Shown here: positions 40,157 to 50,065 of the stretch, piece by piece
Numbering within the stretch: the stretch's first letter is position 1
Layout of the letters: each line of letters begins with the position of its first letter
IMG/VR virus record: IMGVR_UViG_3300042197_002147
Location: 32,001-96,000 of that record
DNA: 64,000 bases
Source: a virus
Reading direction: 5' to 3' (one strand)
Program-made: the position numbers and the translations under genes
Notes under the pieces: model-generated
Databases searched by the model: none
What the model saw: the letters and a program-made list of their open reading frames with translations, nothing else
What the model was told of the DNA's origin: nothing

Positions 40157-40817
40157 AATTATTTCATTTTATTGTGATATAGATGGTTCAACATACTATA
40201 GTGATAATGCATCTCGTATTATCAATGAATGCGTTGACCTCAAGATACCATTTGATTTTAGAAAAATAAATTCACATGGTGATTATAGATTAAATTGCTT
40301 GCGAAAACCAAAATTTATACTAAGTGTTTTAGAGGAAAAAAAGAAACCAATAGTTTGGTTAGATATTGACTCTAAATTACACAAGACACTTGATGTTTTT
40401 GATAAGTTTGCGGAAATGAATGTTGATCTTGGTTTTGCATATTATGAAACTCAAAAAGAAAAAATAAATGTATTGCAACCAAAAGCATCACCCATATTTT
40501 GCAACTATAACGAAAAAGTAATTAACTTTTTAAAAACATGGTTGAATAAATGCGAAGAAACATTAAAATCTGAGGAGAGATTCTTTGATCATGAAATTTT
40601 AATGTTTAGAGTTTTACCTTTTTTTGTTAATCAACTTAAAATTGGATGTTTACCTTTGGCTTATTGTGTTTGGCCTGGTAGATGTCCCGTTGAAATAGAT
40701 CCATATATAACAATGGGTATTGCTGATGGGAAGTCAAAAGAAAAAAATATTCGTGAATTGGCCAAAAAAATTGGCATGAATGAAGATGGAATTTTATTGA
40801 ATTTGAACAGGATTTAA
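40146..40817 (+). CDS. Putative GT-A nucleotide-sugar transferase
   Basis: KPKFIL...PIVWLDIDS (DxD)...FDHE. Confidence 0.65.
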   Translation: MKTEIISFYCDIDGSTYYSDNASRIINECVDLKIPFDFRKINSHGDYRLNCLRKPKFILSVLEEKKKPIVWLDIDSKLHKTLDVFDKFAEMNVDLGFAYYETQKEKINVLQPKASPIFCNYNEKVINFLKTWLNKCEETLKSEERFFDHEILMFRVLPFFVNQLKIGCLPLAYCVWPGRCPVEIDPYITMGIADGKSKEKNIRELAKKIGMNEDGILLNLNRI

Positions 40818-40820
40818 AAT

Positions 40821-42380
40821 ATGAAAGCAATTATACAAAATGGAAACTATTTTTCAGATGAAATGAATTTTGATTTTCCATGTGAAGTTCATTTTACCAG
40901 ATTTGGTTTAAATTGGCATAGAGGGAAACCATTAAGAATAGCAAAAAGAGATGAAAGAAGAAACCAAGCACAAATAGATTTTGAGAACAATAATTCTTTT
41001 AAAATTTTTGTTTGTTCAAATGAACCTAGCTCATCTATGGCTAGAGAATTAAATGATGTAATAATTGATAACGCACACCAATATGATTTAATTCTTACAT
41101 GGGAATCAAATATAATTGAAAATACAGATAACTCTGTATTTTTTCCATATGGTGGAACATGGTTAAATAAAAAACAAAATTCACACGAAGACTCTCTTGG
41201 GTCGTTTGATGAATCTATTTTAGAAAAAGTTAAAAATAAAAAATTTGGAACTACTTTTTTAACTACGCATTTAATGTTTAAAGAAGGTTATGAAATTAGA
41301 AAAAAAATATGGAATTCTAGAGATAGCATACAAATTCCAACAAAATTTTATTCAAGTTCTAGAATGCCGACAAATGATGCAACTTCATATGACACAAAAA
41401 ACAAATATCTTTTTTCCAATACAGTACATGATGGTTTTTTGGAAAACGATGACAAAATAAATTTATTTGATCACCAATTTAATATCACCGTAGAGAGCAG
41501 CAAAGAAAATTCTTATTTTACTGAAAAACTAATAGATCCTCTGTTAACTAAAACTGTTCCAATTTATTGGGGTTGTGATAATTTAGATGAATTTTTTGAT
41601 ATAAGGGGAATAATAACTTTCAAAACATATGAAGAATTTTTGGAAAAAATTAATAAAATTGACGAAAATACCTATGAATCAATGAAACCATATATTGAAA
41701 AAAATTATAAATTAGCTCAAGAATATGGTAAATCATATTTTTCAAGAATAGAAAAAGAAATTGAAAGGCAGTATGATTTTTATTTTAATAAGAAAGATAT
41801 TCTATGGACAATAGGAATACTTACTGTCCCGGAAAGAAAAGATAAATTGAAAAACTTGTTAGAAAAAATTAATACAACTATTCCTTATTCTTTTAAACAC
41901 AGAATTGAAATTCTAATAAATGAGGATGAAAAAGAAAAAAGTGTCGGTGCAAAAAGAAATGAAGTATTATTGAAAGCAAATGGAAAATATGTTTCATTTA
42001 TAGATGACGACGATATGATCTCAAGTACTTATATTCCAAAAATTTGTAGAAAATTGGATAAAAATTTATATGATGGTATTGGATTTTGGGGTCTATATTA
42101 TGTAAATGAACAACCAACAATGTTTTTTAATCACGCTCAAAAAAATAATGGTCATTATAAAGATAGAACTGGTAAACAATACAGACCATTAAATCATTTA
42201 AATCCAGTTAAAACCGAAATAGCAAAACAAATAATGTATCCAGAAAAAAATTATGGAGAAGATTCTGATTATTGTGACAAATTACTATATTCTGGTTTAA
42301 TTAAGAGTGAATATAATTTTGAAGAAGTTATGTATCATTATTTGTGGTCCCAAGAATTAACTTTAACGCAAAAAGGATAA
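40821..42380 (+). CDS. GT10-like + GT2 fusion glycosyltransferase
   Basis: YFTEKLIDPL..TVPIYWG, then IGILTVPER...VGAKRN...FIDDDD...GED. Confidence 0.82.
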   Translation: MKAIIQNGNYFSDEMNFDFPCEVHFTRFGLNWHRGKPLRIAKRDERRNQAQIDFENNNSFKIFVCSNEPSSSMARELNDVIIDNAHQYDLILTWESNIIENTDNSVFFPYGGTWLNKKQNSHEDSLGSFDESILEKVKNKKFGTTFLTTHLMFKEGYEIRKKIWNSRDSIQIPTKFYSSSRMPTNDATSYDTKNKYLFSNTVHDGFLENDDKINLFDHQFNITVESSKENSYFTEKLIDPLLTKTVPIYWGCDNLDEFFDIRGIITFKTYEEFLEKINKIDENTYESMKPYIEKNYKLAQEYGKSYFSRIEKEIERQYDFYFNKKDILWTIGILTVPERKDKLKNLLEKINTTIPYSFKHRIEILINEDEKEKSVGAKRNEVLLKANGKYVSFIDDDDMISSTYIPKICRKLDKNLYDGIGFWGLYYVNEQPTMFFNHAQKNNGHYKDRTGKQYRPLNHLNPVKTEIAKQIMYPEKNYGEDSDYCDKLLYSGLIKSEYNFEEVMYHYLWSQELTLTQKG

Positions 42381-42385
42381 AATTT

Positions 42386-43060
42386 ATGACAATAGTATAT
42401 AAAGAAAAAAACGGTTATGATGTTATTTCGAGAGATGTTGAAGAAAATTTTCACAAGTATATAAATAAAAACAAAGATGATATAAAAACTATTGTCATAG
42501 TTGGTGGTTATCATTGTTGGGAAGCGCAAAAGTATTTACAATTGTATAAAAATGCTAAAATTTACATATTTGAACCAGTCAGAGAATTTTTTAACATAGT
42601 AAAACAACAATATGGATTAAATCCAAGATGTGAATTACATAATTTGGCAATAACAAGTATAACCGGAGAAATTGATTTTTATAGAACATCTTCTCCGGGT
42701 TCGGATTCAATATATCCAGTAATAGAAAATAATAATAGTGGTTATTCCTTTAAGAGTGTGCAAAAAATAAAAGTAAAATCAGACAAATTATCAAATATTG
42801 TCAAAGAAAATATAGATCTACTAAGTATTGATGTTCAGGGGGCAGAGTTGGAAGTACTTAAAGGAACAAATTTAGAAAATGTTTCTTGTATTTTTGCAGA
42901 AATACAAATGTCACAAAATAAAAATAATCAAGTTTATGATGGTCAATGTTTTTCTGATGATTTAAAAAATTACTTATCCGAAAAATTTGATTTACATTCT
43001 TTAGGTTTGGACAATGAATTAAATAATGGAACTGGTAATAGTTTTTGGATTAAAAAATAA
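42386..43060 (+). CDS. FkbM-family methyltransferase
   Basis: IVGG...FEP...IDLLSIDVQGAELEVLKG. Confidence 0.85.
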   Translation: MTIVYKEKNGYDVISRDVEENFHKYINKNKDDIKTIVIVGGYHCWEAQKYLQLYKNAKIYIFEPVREFFNIVKQQYGLNPRCELHNLAITSITGEIDFYRTSSPGSDSIYPVIENNNSGYSFKSVQKIKVKSDKLSNIVKENIDLLSIDVQGAELEVLKGTNLENVSCIFAEIQMSQNKNNQVYDGQCFSDDLKNYLSEKFDLHSLGLDNELNNGTGNSFWIKK

Positions 43061-43732
43061 ATGAATAAACTTGCTGTAATAGTTCCCTATAGGAATAGAA
43101 AATCTCATTTAGATCAATTTATTCCATATATGAATGATTATTTATTTAAAAATATTGGCAATAATTTTTATATTGTTGTTGTTGAACAATTAAATAAAAA
43201 TTTATTCAATAGAGGAACTTTAATAAACATTGGTTTTGAATTAGAAAAAAACAATTGCGATTATATTTCTCCCCACGATGTTGATTTATTACCAGAAGAT
43301 GCAGATTATTCCATACCAACAATTCCAATTCATTTAGCTGCTTATAGATCACAAAAAAATTATATATTAGAATATGAAAACTTTTTTGGAGGAGTTAATT
43401 TATTTTTAAATGAACATTTTTTAAAAATAAACGGATTTTCTAATTTTTATGCAGGATATGGTGCAGAAGATGATGATTTGCGTCATAGATGTGTTGTTTC
43501 TGGTTTAAGTCCGCAAAGAAGATTTGCAAGATATACATCTTTACACCATGAACCAGTTTCTTCTGCAACAAAAGAAAATGAAACTCTTTGGTTCGATATT
43601 CAAAGAGGAAGCATGAATACCACAATGAATTTTGATGGTCTTTCTACGATAAAGTACAAAACAGTAAAAAAAGAAACTAAAGATTTTGTGCATTATTATG
43701 TTGATTTTGAAAACGAAAGATATACAAAATGA
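43061..43732 (+). CDS. GT7 (beta-1,4-galactosyltransferase-like) glycosyltransferase
   Basis: AVIVPYRNR, FNRG.L.N.G, HDVDLLP, FGGV, INGFSN.Y.GYGAEDDD. Confidence 0.88.
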   Translation: MNKLAVIVPYRNRKSHLDQFIPYMNDYLFKNIGNNFYIVVVEQLNKNLFNRGTLINIGFELEKNNCDYISPHDVDLLPEDADYSIPTIPIHLAAYRSQKNYILEYENFFGGVNLFLNEHFLKINGFSNFYAGYGAEDDDLRHRCVVSGLSPQRRFARYTSLHHEPVSSATKENETLWFDIQRGSMNTTMNFDGLSTIKYKTVKKETKDFVHYYVDFENERYTK

Positions 43733-44556
43733 GTGATAAAATTTGTGTTTTAGTTGTAAGCCATAATTTTCCAGAACTGACAGATTCTTTGTGTGATTCG
43801 ATAGTTTCAAGAACAAAAAATATAGACTATGATCTACATGTAGTAGAAACTGGTTCAGAGATTACAAATTGTTCAAAATATGCAACTATGTGGGTTAAAG
43901 ATGGTTGTAGAATGACTAGAGGATTTAATCTTTTAAAGCAATACGCAGATGCAGTAAATAAATACAATAATAAAAAAGAATATTCTGCATATATGTTATT
44001 TGTAAATGACGCAAAATTTATAGATGACAAAGATTTAATTTCTATTCTTTACGAGGAAATGAAAAATAAACCAGATTGTGGTCAAATACATCCCTATCAG
44101 AGTAATATTTATTTTCCTCATATGAGACTGGGAAAACTTTCAGAAGATTTAACAAGAAAAGAAAGTTTTTCTGAAATAGTATGTCCCATGATATCAGCAA
44201 AGGCATGGAATGTATGTGGTGAAAATTTTTTAGATAATAGGTTTTATTATGGATGGGGACTAGATTATGATATGCCATATCAGTTACATTTGAATGGTTT
44301 TCGTACTTATATAACAGATAAAGTTGGTATTTTTCATGATCCATTTACATCTTATAAAAATAAAGAAAAAACAAAAGAAAAATTAAATGTAAACGAATTT
44401 GCAAATATAGCAAGAAATAACATGCATCAAGGTTTTTGCGAAAAATATGGGAATAATTGGATGCAAAGTTTAATGGATGGAGTCCCAAATGATGTTTCTA
44501 AAGAAAGTTTGTATTTGTGGTTACACCACAATGATGGATATAATGGTAACAAATAA
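43729..44556 (+). CDS. Putative GT2-like glycosyltransferase
   Basis: VLVVSHN...VVETGS...NDAKF...YGWGLDYD. Confidence 0.65.
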   Translation: MSDKICVLVVSHNFPELTDSLCDSIVSRTKNIDYDLHVVETGSEITNCSKYATMWVKDGCRMTRGFNLLKQYADAVNKYNNKKEYSAYMLFVNDAKFIDDKDLISILYEEMKNKPDCGQIHPYQSNIYFPHMRLGKLSEDLTRKESFSEIVCPMISAKAWNVCGENFLDNRFYYGWGLDYDMPYQLHLNGFRTYITDKVGIFHDPFTSYKNKEKTKEKLNVNEFANIARNNMHQGFCEKYGNNWMQSLMDGVPNDVSKESLYLWLHHNDGYNGNK

Positions 44557-45170
44557 TGAAAAATAATATTATTTTTGATTTAGATGGAGTTTTAGTCGAT
44601 GCATGTGACTGGCACTATGAGTCTTTAAATAGAGCTTTAGTTGAATACAATAAAAAACCAATTTCTAGGGAAGATCATTATAAAACTTTTAATGGTTTAC
44701 CTACAAAAATCAAATTGGAAATGCTAAAAATAGACAAAAAAGAAGCAGAAGAAATAAATCGTCTAAAACAAAAACACACTTTAGATGTAATTGAAAATTT
44801 TGGTAAAGTAATGGAAGAAAAAATAGAACTACATAGGTTTTTAAAGCAAAATAATTTTCAAATATCTTGTGTTACAAATTCAATAAAGGAAACAGCATTA
44901 AAAATGCTTAAAATTACTGGTCAATATGATTATATTGATTTATTGGTTACAAACGAAAATGTAAAAAGAAACAAACCACATCCAGATTGTTACATATATG
45001 CAATGGAGATTATGAAAACTACTCCAAATGATGTTTTTTGTGTAGAGGATTCTGATATTGGAGTAAAATCTGCAATGAATGCAAATATTAAAAATTTATT
45101 AATTGTTAAAAATACAAAAGAAGTTAATTTCGAAAGTATTAAAAAATTTATAAATGGAGTTAAACAATGA
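44556..45170 (+). CDS. HAD-family phosphatase
   Basis: IFDLDGVLVD, TNS, KPHPD, VEDS..G. Confidence 0.9.
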   Translation: MKNNIIFDLDGVLVDACDWHYESLNRALVEYNKKPISREDHYKTFNGLPTKIKLEMLKIDKKEAEEINRLKQKHTLDVIENFGKVMEEKIELHRFLKQNNFQISCVTNSIKETALKMLKITGQYDYIDLLVTNENVKRNKPHPDCYIYAMEIMKTTPNDVFCVEDSDIGVKSAMNANIKNLLIVKNTKEVNFESIKKFINGVKQ

Positions 45171-45883
45171 ATATATTAATACCAATGGCCGGCGAAGGCA
45201 GTAGATTTGCAAAAGAAGGTTATACCTTTCCAAAACCTTTAATTGATGTTTCCGGTAAACCAATGATTCAACAAGTGGTTGAAAACTTAAAATTTGATGC
45301 TAAGTACATTTTTTTGGCAAGAAAAGAGCATTTAGAAAAATATAAAGGTCTTTATTCAACTTTAGATAGAATTACTAATGGAAATTTTGAAATAATTGAA
45401 GTAAATTCTTTAACAGAAGGTGCTGCATGTACCGCTTTGTTGGCTAAACAATTTATTAACAATGAAGAAGATTTATTAATTGCAAATTCAGATCAAATTA
45501 TAGAATATTCTTCCTTAAATTTCAGTTATTTAAAAACTTTTTCTTCAGTAGATGGCATAGTTTTTTGTTTTAATGCGGTTCATCCAAAATGGTCTTTTGT
45601 TGAATTAGATTCTTTTGGGATAGTAACTAAAGTTGCAGAAAAAAATCCAATTTCAAATATAGCAACTTGTGGAATTTATTGGTATCGTAGGGGATCTGAT
45701 TTTGTTTCATGTGCTGAAGAAATGATACAAAAAAATATAAGAGTCAATAATGAATTTTATATTGCACCAGTATACAATGAATTAATAACTAAAAATAAAA
45801 AATTAATTCCATTCTATGTAAACAAAATGTATGGAATAGGAACTCCGGAAGACTTAAACTATTATTTGAAAGTTAAAGAATGA
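45167..45883 (+). CDS. BcbE-like sugar nucleotidyltransferase/GT-A protein
   Basis: ILIPMAGEGSRF..GYTFPKPLIDV, TEGAACT, NSDQ, EKNPIS, NNEFYIAPVYN, GTPEDL. Confidence 0.88.
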   Translation: MNILIPMAGEGSRFAKEGYTFPKPLIDVSGKPMIQQVVENLKFDAKYIFLARKEHLEKYKGLYSTLDRITNGNFEIIEVNSLTEGAACTALLAKQFINNEEDLLIANSDQIIEYSSLNFSYLKTFSSVDGIVFCFNAVHPKWSFVELDSFGIVTKVAEKNPISNIATCGIYWYRRGSDFVSCAEEMIQKNIRVNNEFYIAPVYNELITKNKKLIPFYVNKMYGIGTPEDLNYYLKVKE

Positions 45884-46668
45884 AAGATTTAACAATTGCA
45901 ATACCTTTGGGAGTTTCTACGCCAGGAACTCCTGTATTGAGACATCTTAAAAAATGTGTAGATTCTATTAAGAATCAAAAAACAAATTATTCTTATGATA
46001 TTATGTTTGCATGTGATGAGAATGTTTCAGAAGAAATAAAAAATTATTTAGAATCTACTAATTGCTTTATTAAATGGTATGATCCATTTTATTTTTTCAG
46101 AAAAGGTAGTATATGGAAAAAAATATTTGATCAATGGGTTAATAGTGATTCAAAATATATTGCATTTTGTCACTATGATGATATTTGGCATGAAAATAAA
46201 ATACAAACTCAAATTTCTTTCATGGAAAATAATAATTATGATTTGTCTTGGTCTTCAGTTTATGTAATAAACGAAGAGGATTCTGTAGTTTCTAGTGATG
46301 CTGCTTGTTACACAGAATTGAATAAGCACACAATAACACAACCACAATCATACGCTTTTTCTCATTCTTCTATGATGAATAAAGATAAATTCTTAAAAAC
46401 AGGTATAATGGATGTATTGAATGAATCCTCTAGAATTTACGAAGAAGTTCATTTTGTTTTTTGTCACAAATTAGTAGGTAAAAAAAGTAATGATTCTATC
46501 TTCTACCATAGAAATCATTCGAATAGTATTAGTAGTAATTTTAATAAAGATAGTGAAATAATAAATTCACAAAGAAAATTAACAAATTATTCCTTAGAAG
46601 AAGAATATGAAGATGCAAAAAAAATAAACATTAAAAAAATAATTACAGAAATACAAACTACTTTATGA
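45880..46668 (+). CDS. GT2 glycosyltransferase
   Basis: CVDSIKNQ, YIAFCHYDDIWHENKIQTQ, YHRNH. Confidence 0.75.
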   Translation: MKDLTIAIPLGVSTPGTPVLRHLKKCVDSIKNQKTNYSYDIMFACDENVSEEIKNYLESTNCFIKWYDPFYFFRKGSIWKKIFDQWVNSDSKYIAFCHYDDIWHENKIQTQISFMENNNYDLSWSSVYVINEEDSVVSSDAACYTELNKHTITQPQSYAFSHSSMMNKDKFLKTGIMDVLNESSRIYEEVHFVFCHKLVGKKSNDSIFYHRNHSNSISSNFNKDSEIINSQRKLTNYSLEEEYEDAKKINIKKIITEIQTTL

Positions 46669-47111
46669 AAATTATTTCGCATAGAGGAAATCTTTCTGGT
46701 ATAGATTTAAATAGAGAAAATAAAAAATGGGCAATTAATGAATGTTTACTATTAAATTTTGATGTAGAAGTAGATATTCATTATCATAAAAATCAAATTT
46801 TTCTTGGTCACGATTTACCAGAAGAAAAAATTGATATTGAATATTTAATAAAAAATAAAAACAAACTATGGTTACACTTAAAAAATATAGATTCTGTTTG
46901 CTTTTTCCTAAAAAATAAAATAAAATTTAATTGGTTTTGGCATCAAAAAGATGATTTAACTTTAACTAGTTTTGGTATACCGTGGTGTTATCCAGATAAA
47001 TATATTGAATGTGGAGTAACTGTAGTCAAAAATATTAAAAAAGAAATACCAAAAGTTTATGGTATTTGTACAGATTATCCTTTAGAATGGAGAAAATATA
47101 ATGAGTTCTGA
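46665..47111 (+). CDS. GDPD-like (PLC-like phosphodiesterase) protein
   Basis: IISHRGN, DVEVDI, LGHD, WLHLKN, GICTDY. Confidence 0.82.
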   Translation: MKIISHRGNLSGIDLNRENKKWAINECLLLNFDVEVDIHYHKNQIFLGHDLPEEKIDIEYLIKNKNKLWLHLKNIDSVCFFLKNKIKFNWFWHQKDDLTLTSFGIPWCYPDKYIECGVTVVKNIKKEIPKVYGICTDYPLEWRKYNEF

Positions 47112-47724
47112 TGTCACAAAAACCTTTAGAAATAGTCATGGTGGTTATTCACAGCAAACAGAAGATTTAGAATTGCAAAAAATACTACCAAAATCTGGTT
47201 ATTTTCTTGAAATTGGTTCATATTGTCCTTACACCTTTTCAAACACTAGATTTTTAGTAGAAAGGGGGTGGAAGGGGTGTTATGTTGATGGTTGCTCGTA
47301 TGCTATTAGCAGATTCATTGATGTATATAAGGACAATAATGATATTTCAATAGTTCATGCACTTATTGGAGATAAAGATGATTTTGTTGAGTTTTATAAT
47401 AGCATAGCCGACGCTGTTTCTACAACAGATCAAAATTTTATGAATATGTGGAAATCTGGTGGCCACGCATTTAAGAAAATGTATACATCAATGATAACTT
47501 TTAAAACTTTGCAAAAAATTTTACCACAAAATGTAGATTTTATAAACATTGATGTTGAGGGACAGTCAGCATATTTGTCAACAATAATTGATTATGATAT
47601 TTTAAATACAAAATTTGTGTGTGTAGAACATGATAATAAAATACAAGAGCTAAAAAATAATTTTGCTAATAGGGGATTTGAGCATTATTGGAATAATGAT
47701 ACAAATATAATATTTAAAAGGTAA
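47101..47724 (+). CDS. FkbM-family methyltransferase
   Basis: YSQ..ED, FLEIG, SNTRFL...GWKG, DFINIDVEG, CVEH. Confidence 0.82.
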   Translation: MSSDVTKTFRNSHGGYSQQTEDLELQKILPKSGYFLEIGSYCPYTFSNTRFLVERGWKGCYVDGCSYAISRFIDVYKDNNDISIVHALIGDKDDFVEFYNSIADAVSTTDQNFMNMWKSGGHAFKKMYTSMITFKTLQKILPQNVDFINIDVEGQSAYLSTIIDYDILNTKFVCVEHDNKIQELKNNFANRGFEHYWNNDTNIIFKR

Positions 47725-47729
47725 TTTCA

Positions 47730-48380
47730 ATGAAAACTTTAGTTTATGTTGGGGCAAATGCTGGCTACGGTTTATATAATACACTTATGAATTCTTCTAT
47801 AAGGTTTGATAAAATTTATGCATTTGAGCCAGATCCAGAAATCTACAAAATATTAAAAGAAAATTTTAAAAATTTTTTAAATATTAATACTATAAATGCT
47901 GGATGTTCAGATCAATCGGGGACTAAAACTCTGTATGTAACAGAAAATAGAGTTTCTAGTTCTCTTGCAGATGTGAACATGAATAATCAAAATGAAGTCG
48001 GTGGTCATTCTGGGGGTAAACCAGCTTTTAAACAAGTAGATGTCAATATAATTAATCTTTACGATTTCTGTGAACAAAATAATATAAAAGAAATAGATTT
48101 ACTAGTAACAGATTGTCAGGGAAGTGATTATACTATATTAAAAACTATGGAACCTTTATTAAAGGAAAGAAAAATAAAAAATCTATTTTGCGAAACACAT
48201 AGAGATGGGTTTGAAATTTATAATGGATTGGATAATTCTTTTTCTAAATTCAAAGAATTATTAAATGAAAACTATGAAATAGATTTTTTTATGGCAGACA
48301 TTAATTATGTTGATAAAAACAATACAGAAGAATTGTTCAAACATATAGAATGGGACACCATGTGGAAACTTAAGTCATAA
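47730..48380 (+). CDS. FkbM-family methyltransferase
   Basis: VYVGANAG, YAFEP, IDLLVTDCQGSD. Confidence 0.85.
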   Translation: MKTLVYVGANAGYGLYNTLMNSSIRFDKIYAFEPDPEIYKILKENFKNFLNINTINAGCSDQSGTKTLYVTENRVSSSLADVNMNNQNEVGGHSGGKPAFKQVDVNIINLYDFCEQNNIKEIDLLVTDCQGSDYTILKTMEPLLKERKIKNLFCETHRDGFEIYNGLDNSFSKFKELLNENYEIDFFMADINYVDKNNTEELFKHIEWDTMWKLKS

Positions 48381-48383
48381 ATA
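48376..48383 (+). promoter_or_regulatory. Late-promoter-like CATAAATA upstream of the GT2-TPR gene
   Basis: Lies within the ttaagtc...gacttaa inverted repeat next to the AAGGA RBS. Confidence 0.55.
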
Positions 48384-48414
48384 AATAGTATAGACTTAAA
48401 GGATAAATAAAAAT

Positions 48415-49608
48415 ATGAAAAAACTAGCATTATGCATGATCGTGAAAAATGAATCTCACATTATTCGTGAGTGTCTGAATTCTGTTGCAAATATCGTAGA
48501 CTATTGGGTTATTTGTGACACTGGTTCTACTGACGGTACTCAAGAAATAATTAAAACCTTTTTTCAAGAAAAAGGAATACCCGGAGAACTACACGAAAGA
48601 GAATGGAAAGGTTTTGGTCATAATAGAACCGAAGCATTTAAATTATGTGAAGGTAAAGCAGAATATGCTTTTGTCATAGATGCTGATGATTATGTTGATG
48701 GAAATTTGGTTATTCCAAAAAACATGACTTCTGATGCGTATGCAGTTCGCATGGGTAGACCAGAATTTTCTTGGTGGAGAAATCAAATATTTCGTTTAGA
48801 TGCTAAGTGGAGTTATGTTGGTGTTCTTCACGAATATGCTGCATGTGAAAAGCAAAATCCAATAGTACAAAAATTAGAGGGAAACTATAGAGTGGTTGCT
48901 CGTACTCTTGGAGCAAGAAACAAAGATATAACACCAATAGAGAAATACAAGAAAGATGCTGAAGTTCTGGAAAAAGCATTAGTTGATGAACCAACAAATT
49001 CAAGATATCAATTCTATCTTGCACAAAGTTATTTTGACTCTCAACAATATGACAAAGCAGAAACAGCGTATATTAAAAGAGCAGAAATGGGTGGATGGGC
49101 CGAAGAAGTCTATTATTCAATTTATAGAGTTGCAATAGCAAAAGCACTTCAGAATAAACCATGGCCGGAAGTTCAACAGACATTTTTAGATGCGTACAAT
49201 TATCGTCCAACAAGAGCAGAACCACTTTATCATATTGCTCAGGTTTATAGACAAAAATTTAATATGCCAGTTTTAGCTTATATGTTTGCTAAAGCGGCAA
49301 TGGATATACCTTTCCCGGAACAAGACATATTGTTTGTTCCTGACATAGTATACAATTTTGGTATTTTGGATGAAATTTCTGCTACGGCATTTTATGCTGG
49401 ACATCCTATGGTCGGTTACATAGCAACGGAAAAATTGTTAAAGAGTGGAAAAATACCCCCAGACGAGTTACCAAGAATTCAAAAGAACTTTGAACAGTAT
49501 CAAAAAGTAATAGATCAAATGGTAGAACAGGGATTGTTGGAAAACCCACAGAAAAATCAACCATCTCCTATCAAAAAGAAAACATTTAAGAAGAGAATAA
49601 AAGCATAA
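48415..49608 (+). CDS. GT2 glycosyltransferase with C-terminal TPR repeats
   Basis: LCMIVKNE, DTGSTDGT, FGHNR, IDADD, GVLHE, then RYQFYLAQSY...RAEPLY helical repeats. Confidence 0.9.
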   Translation: MKKLALCMIVKNESHIIRECLNSVANIVDYWVICDTGSTDGTQEIIKTFFQEKGIPGELHEREWKGFGHNRTEAFKLCEGKAEYAFVIDADDYVDGNLVIPKNMTSDAYAVRMGRPEFSWWRNQIFRLDAKWSYVGVLHEYAACEKQNPIVQKLEGNYRVVARTLGARNKDITPIEKYKKDAEVLEKALVDEPTNSRYQFYLAQSYFDSQQYDKAETAYIKRAEMGGWAEEVYYSIYRVAIAKALQNKPWPEVQQTFLDAYNYRPTRAEPLYHIAQVYRQKFNMPVLAYMFAKAAMDIPFPEQDILFVPDIVYNFGILDEISATAFYAGHPMVGYIATEKLLKSGKIPPDELPRIQKNFEQYQKVIDQMVEQGLLENPQKNQPSPIKKKTFKKRIKA

Positions 49609-49630
49609 ATATGTCTATAGGGAGATACAA

Positions 49631-50062
49631 ATGCCAGCATCAAAATATGACATTTATGCAGAACAGGGTTCAACTTTTAAGTTACATCTAGATTACAAAT
49701 ATAAAGGTGGCACTGGTATAGATTTGAGCACCTTTACTGGAGAAATGCAAGTCAGAAGATCAGAAAAAGATTCTCAGGCTGTTTTGTTTCTTACACATTT
49801 AGGTGTCACTGGCGGAGGTTCTACTGGAGAATTTACTATTGGAGTTGATGGTGTTGCTGGAATTGGTGGTATTAGTTTCAATACATCAACAAATGGAACA
49901 GTTGGTTATACTGGTGGAATAATGTTCAGAGTCGATAAAACTACAATGAAAAATATTCCAGCTGGTAAACATTTTTATGATTTTGAAATTACAAATAGCG
50001 TAGGTGAAACATATAGATTGGTGGAAGGATCATTTGAGGTATCAAGAGAAATCACAAGATAA
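49631..50062 (+). CDS. Putative baseplate/fibre adaptor (BppU-like Ig fold)
   Basis: YDIYAEQGSTF, G.MQVR, YDFEI, RLVEG.F.V..EITR; CATAAATA at 49604 and GGAG RBS. Confidence 0.65.
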   Translation: MPASKYDIYAEQGSTFKLHLDYKYKGGTGIDLSTFTGEMQVRRSEKDSQAVLFLTHLGVTGGGSTGEFTIGVDGVAGIGGISFNTSTNGTVGYTGGIMFRVDKTTMKNIPAGKHFYDFEITNSVGETYRLVEGSFEVSREITR

Positions 50063-50065
50063 AAG

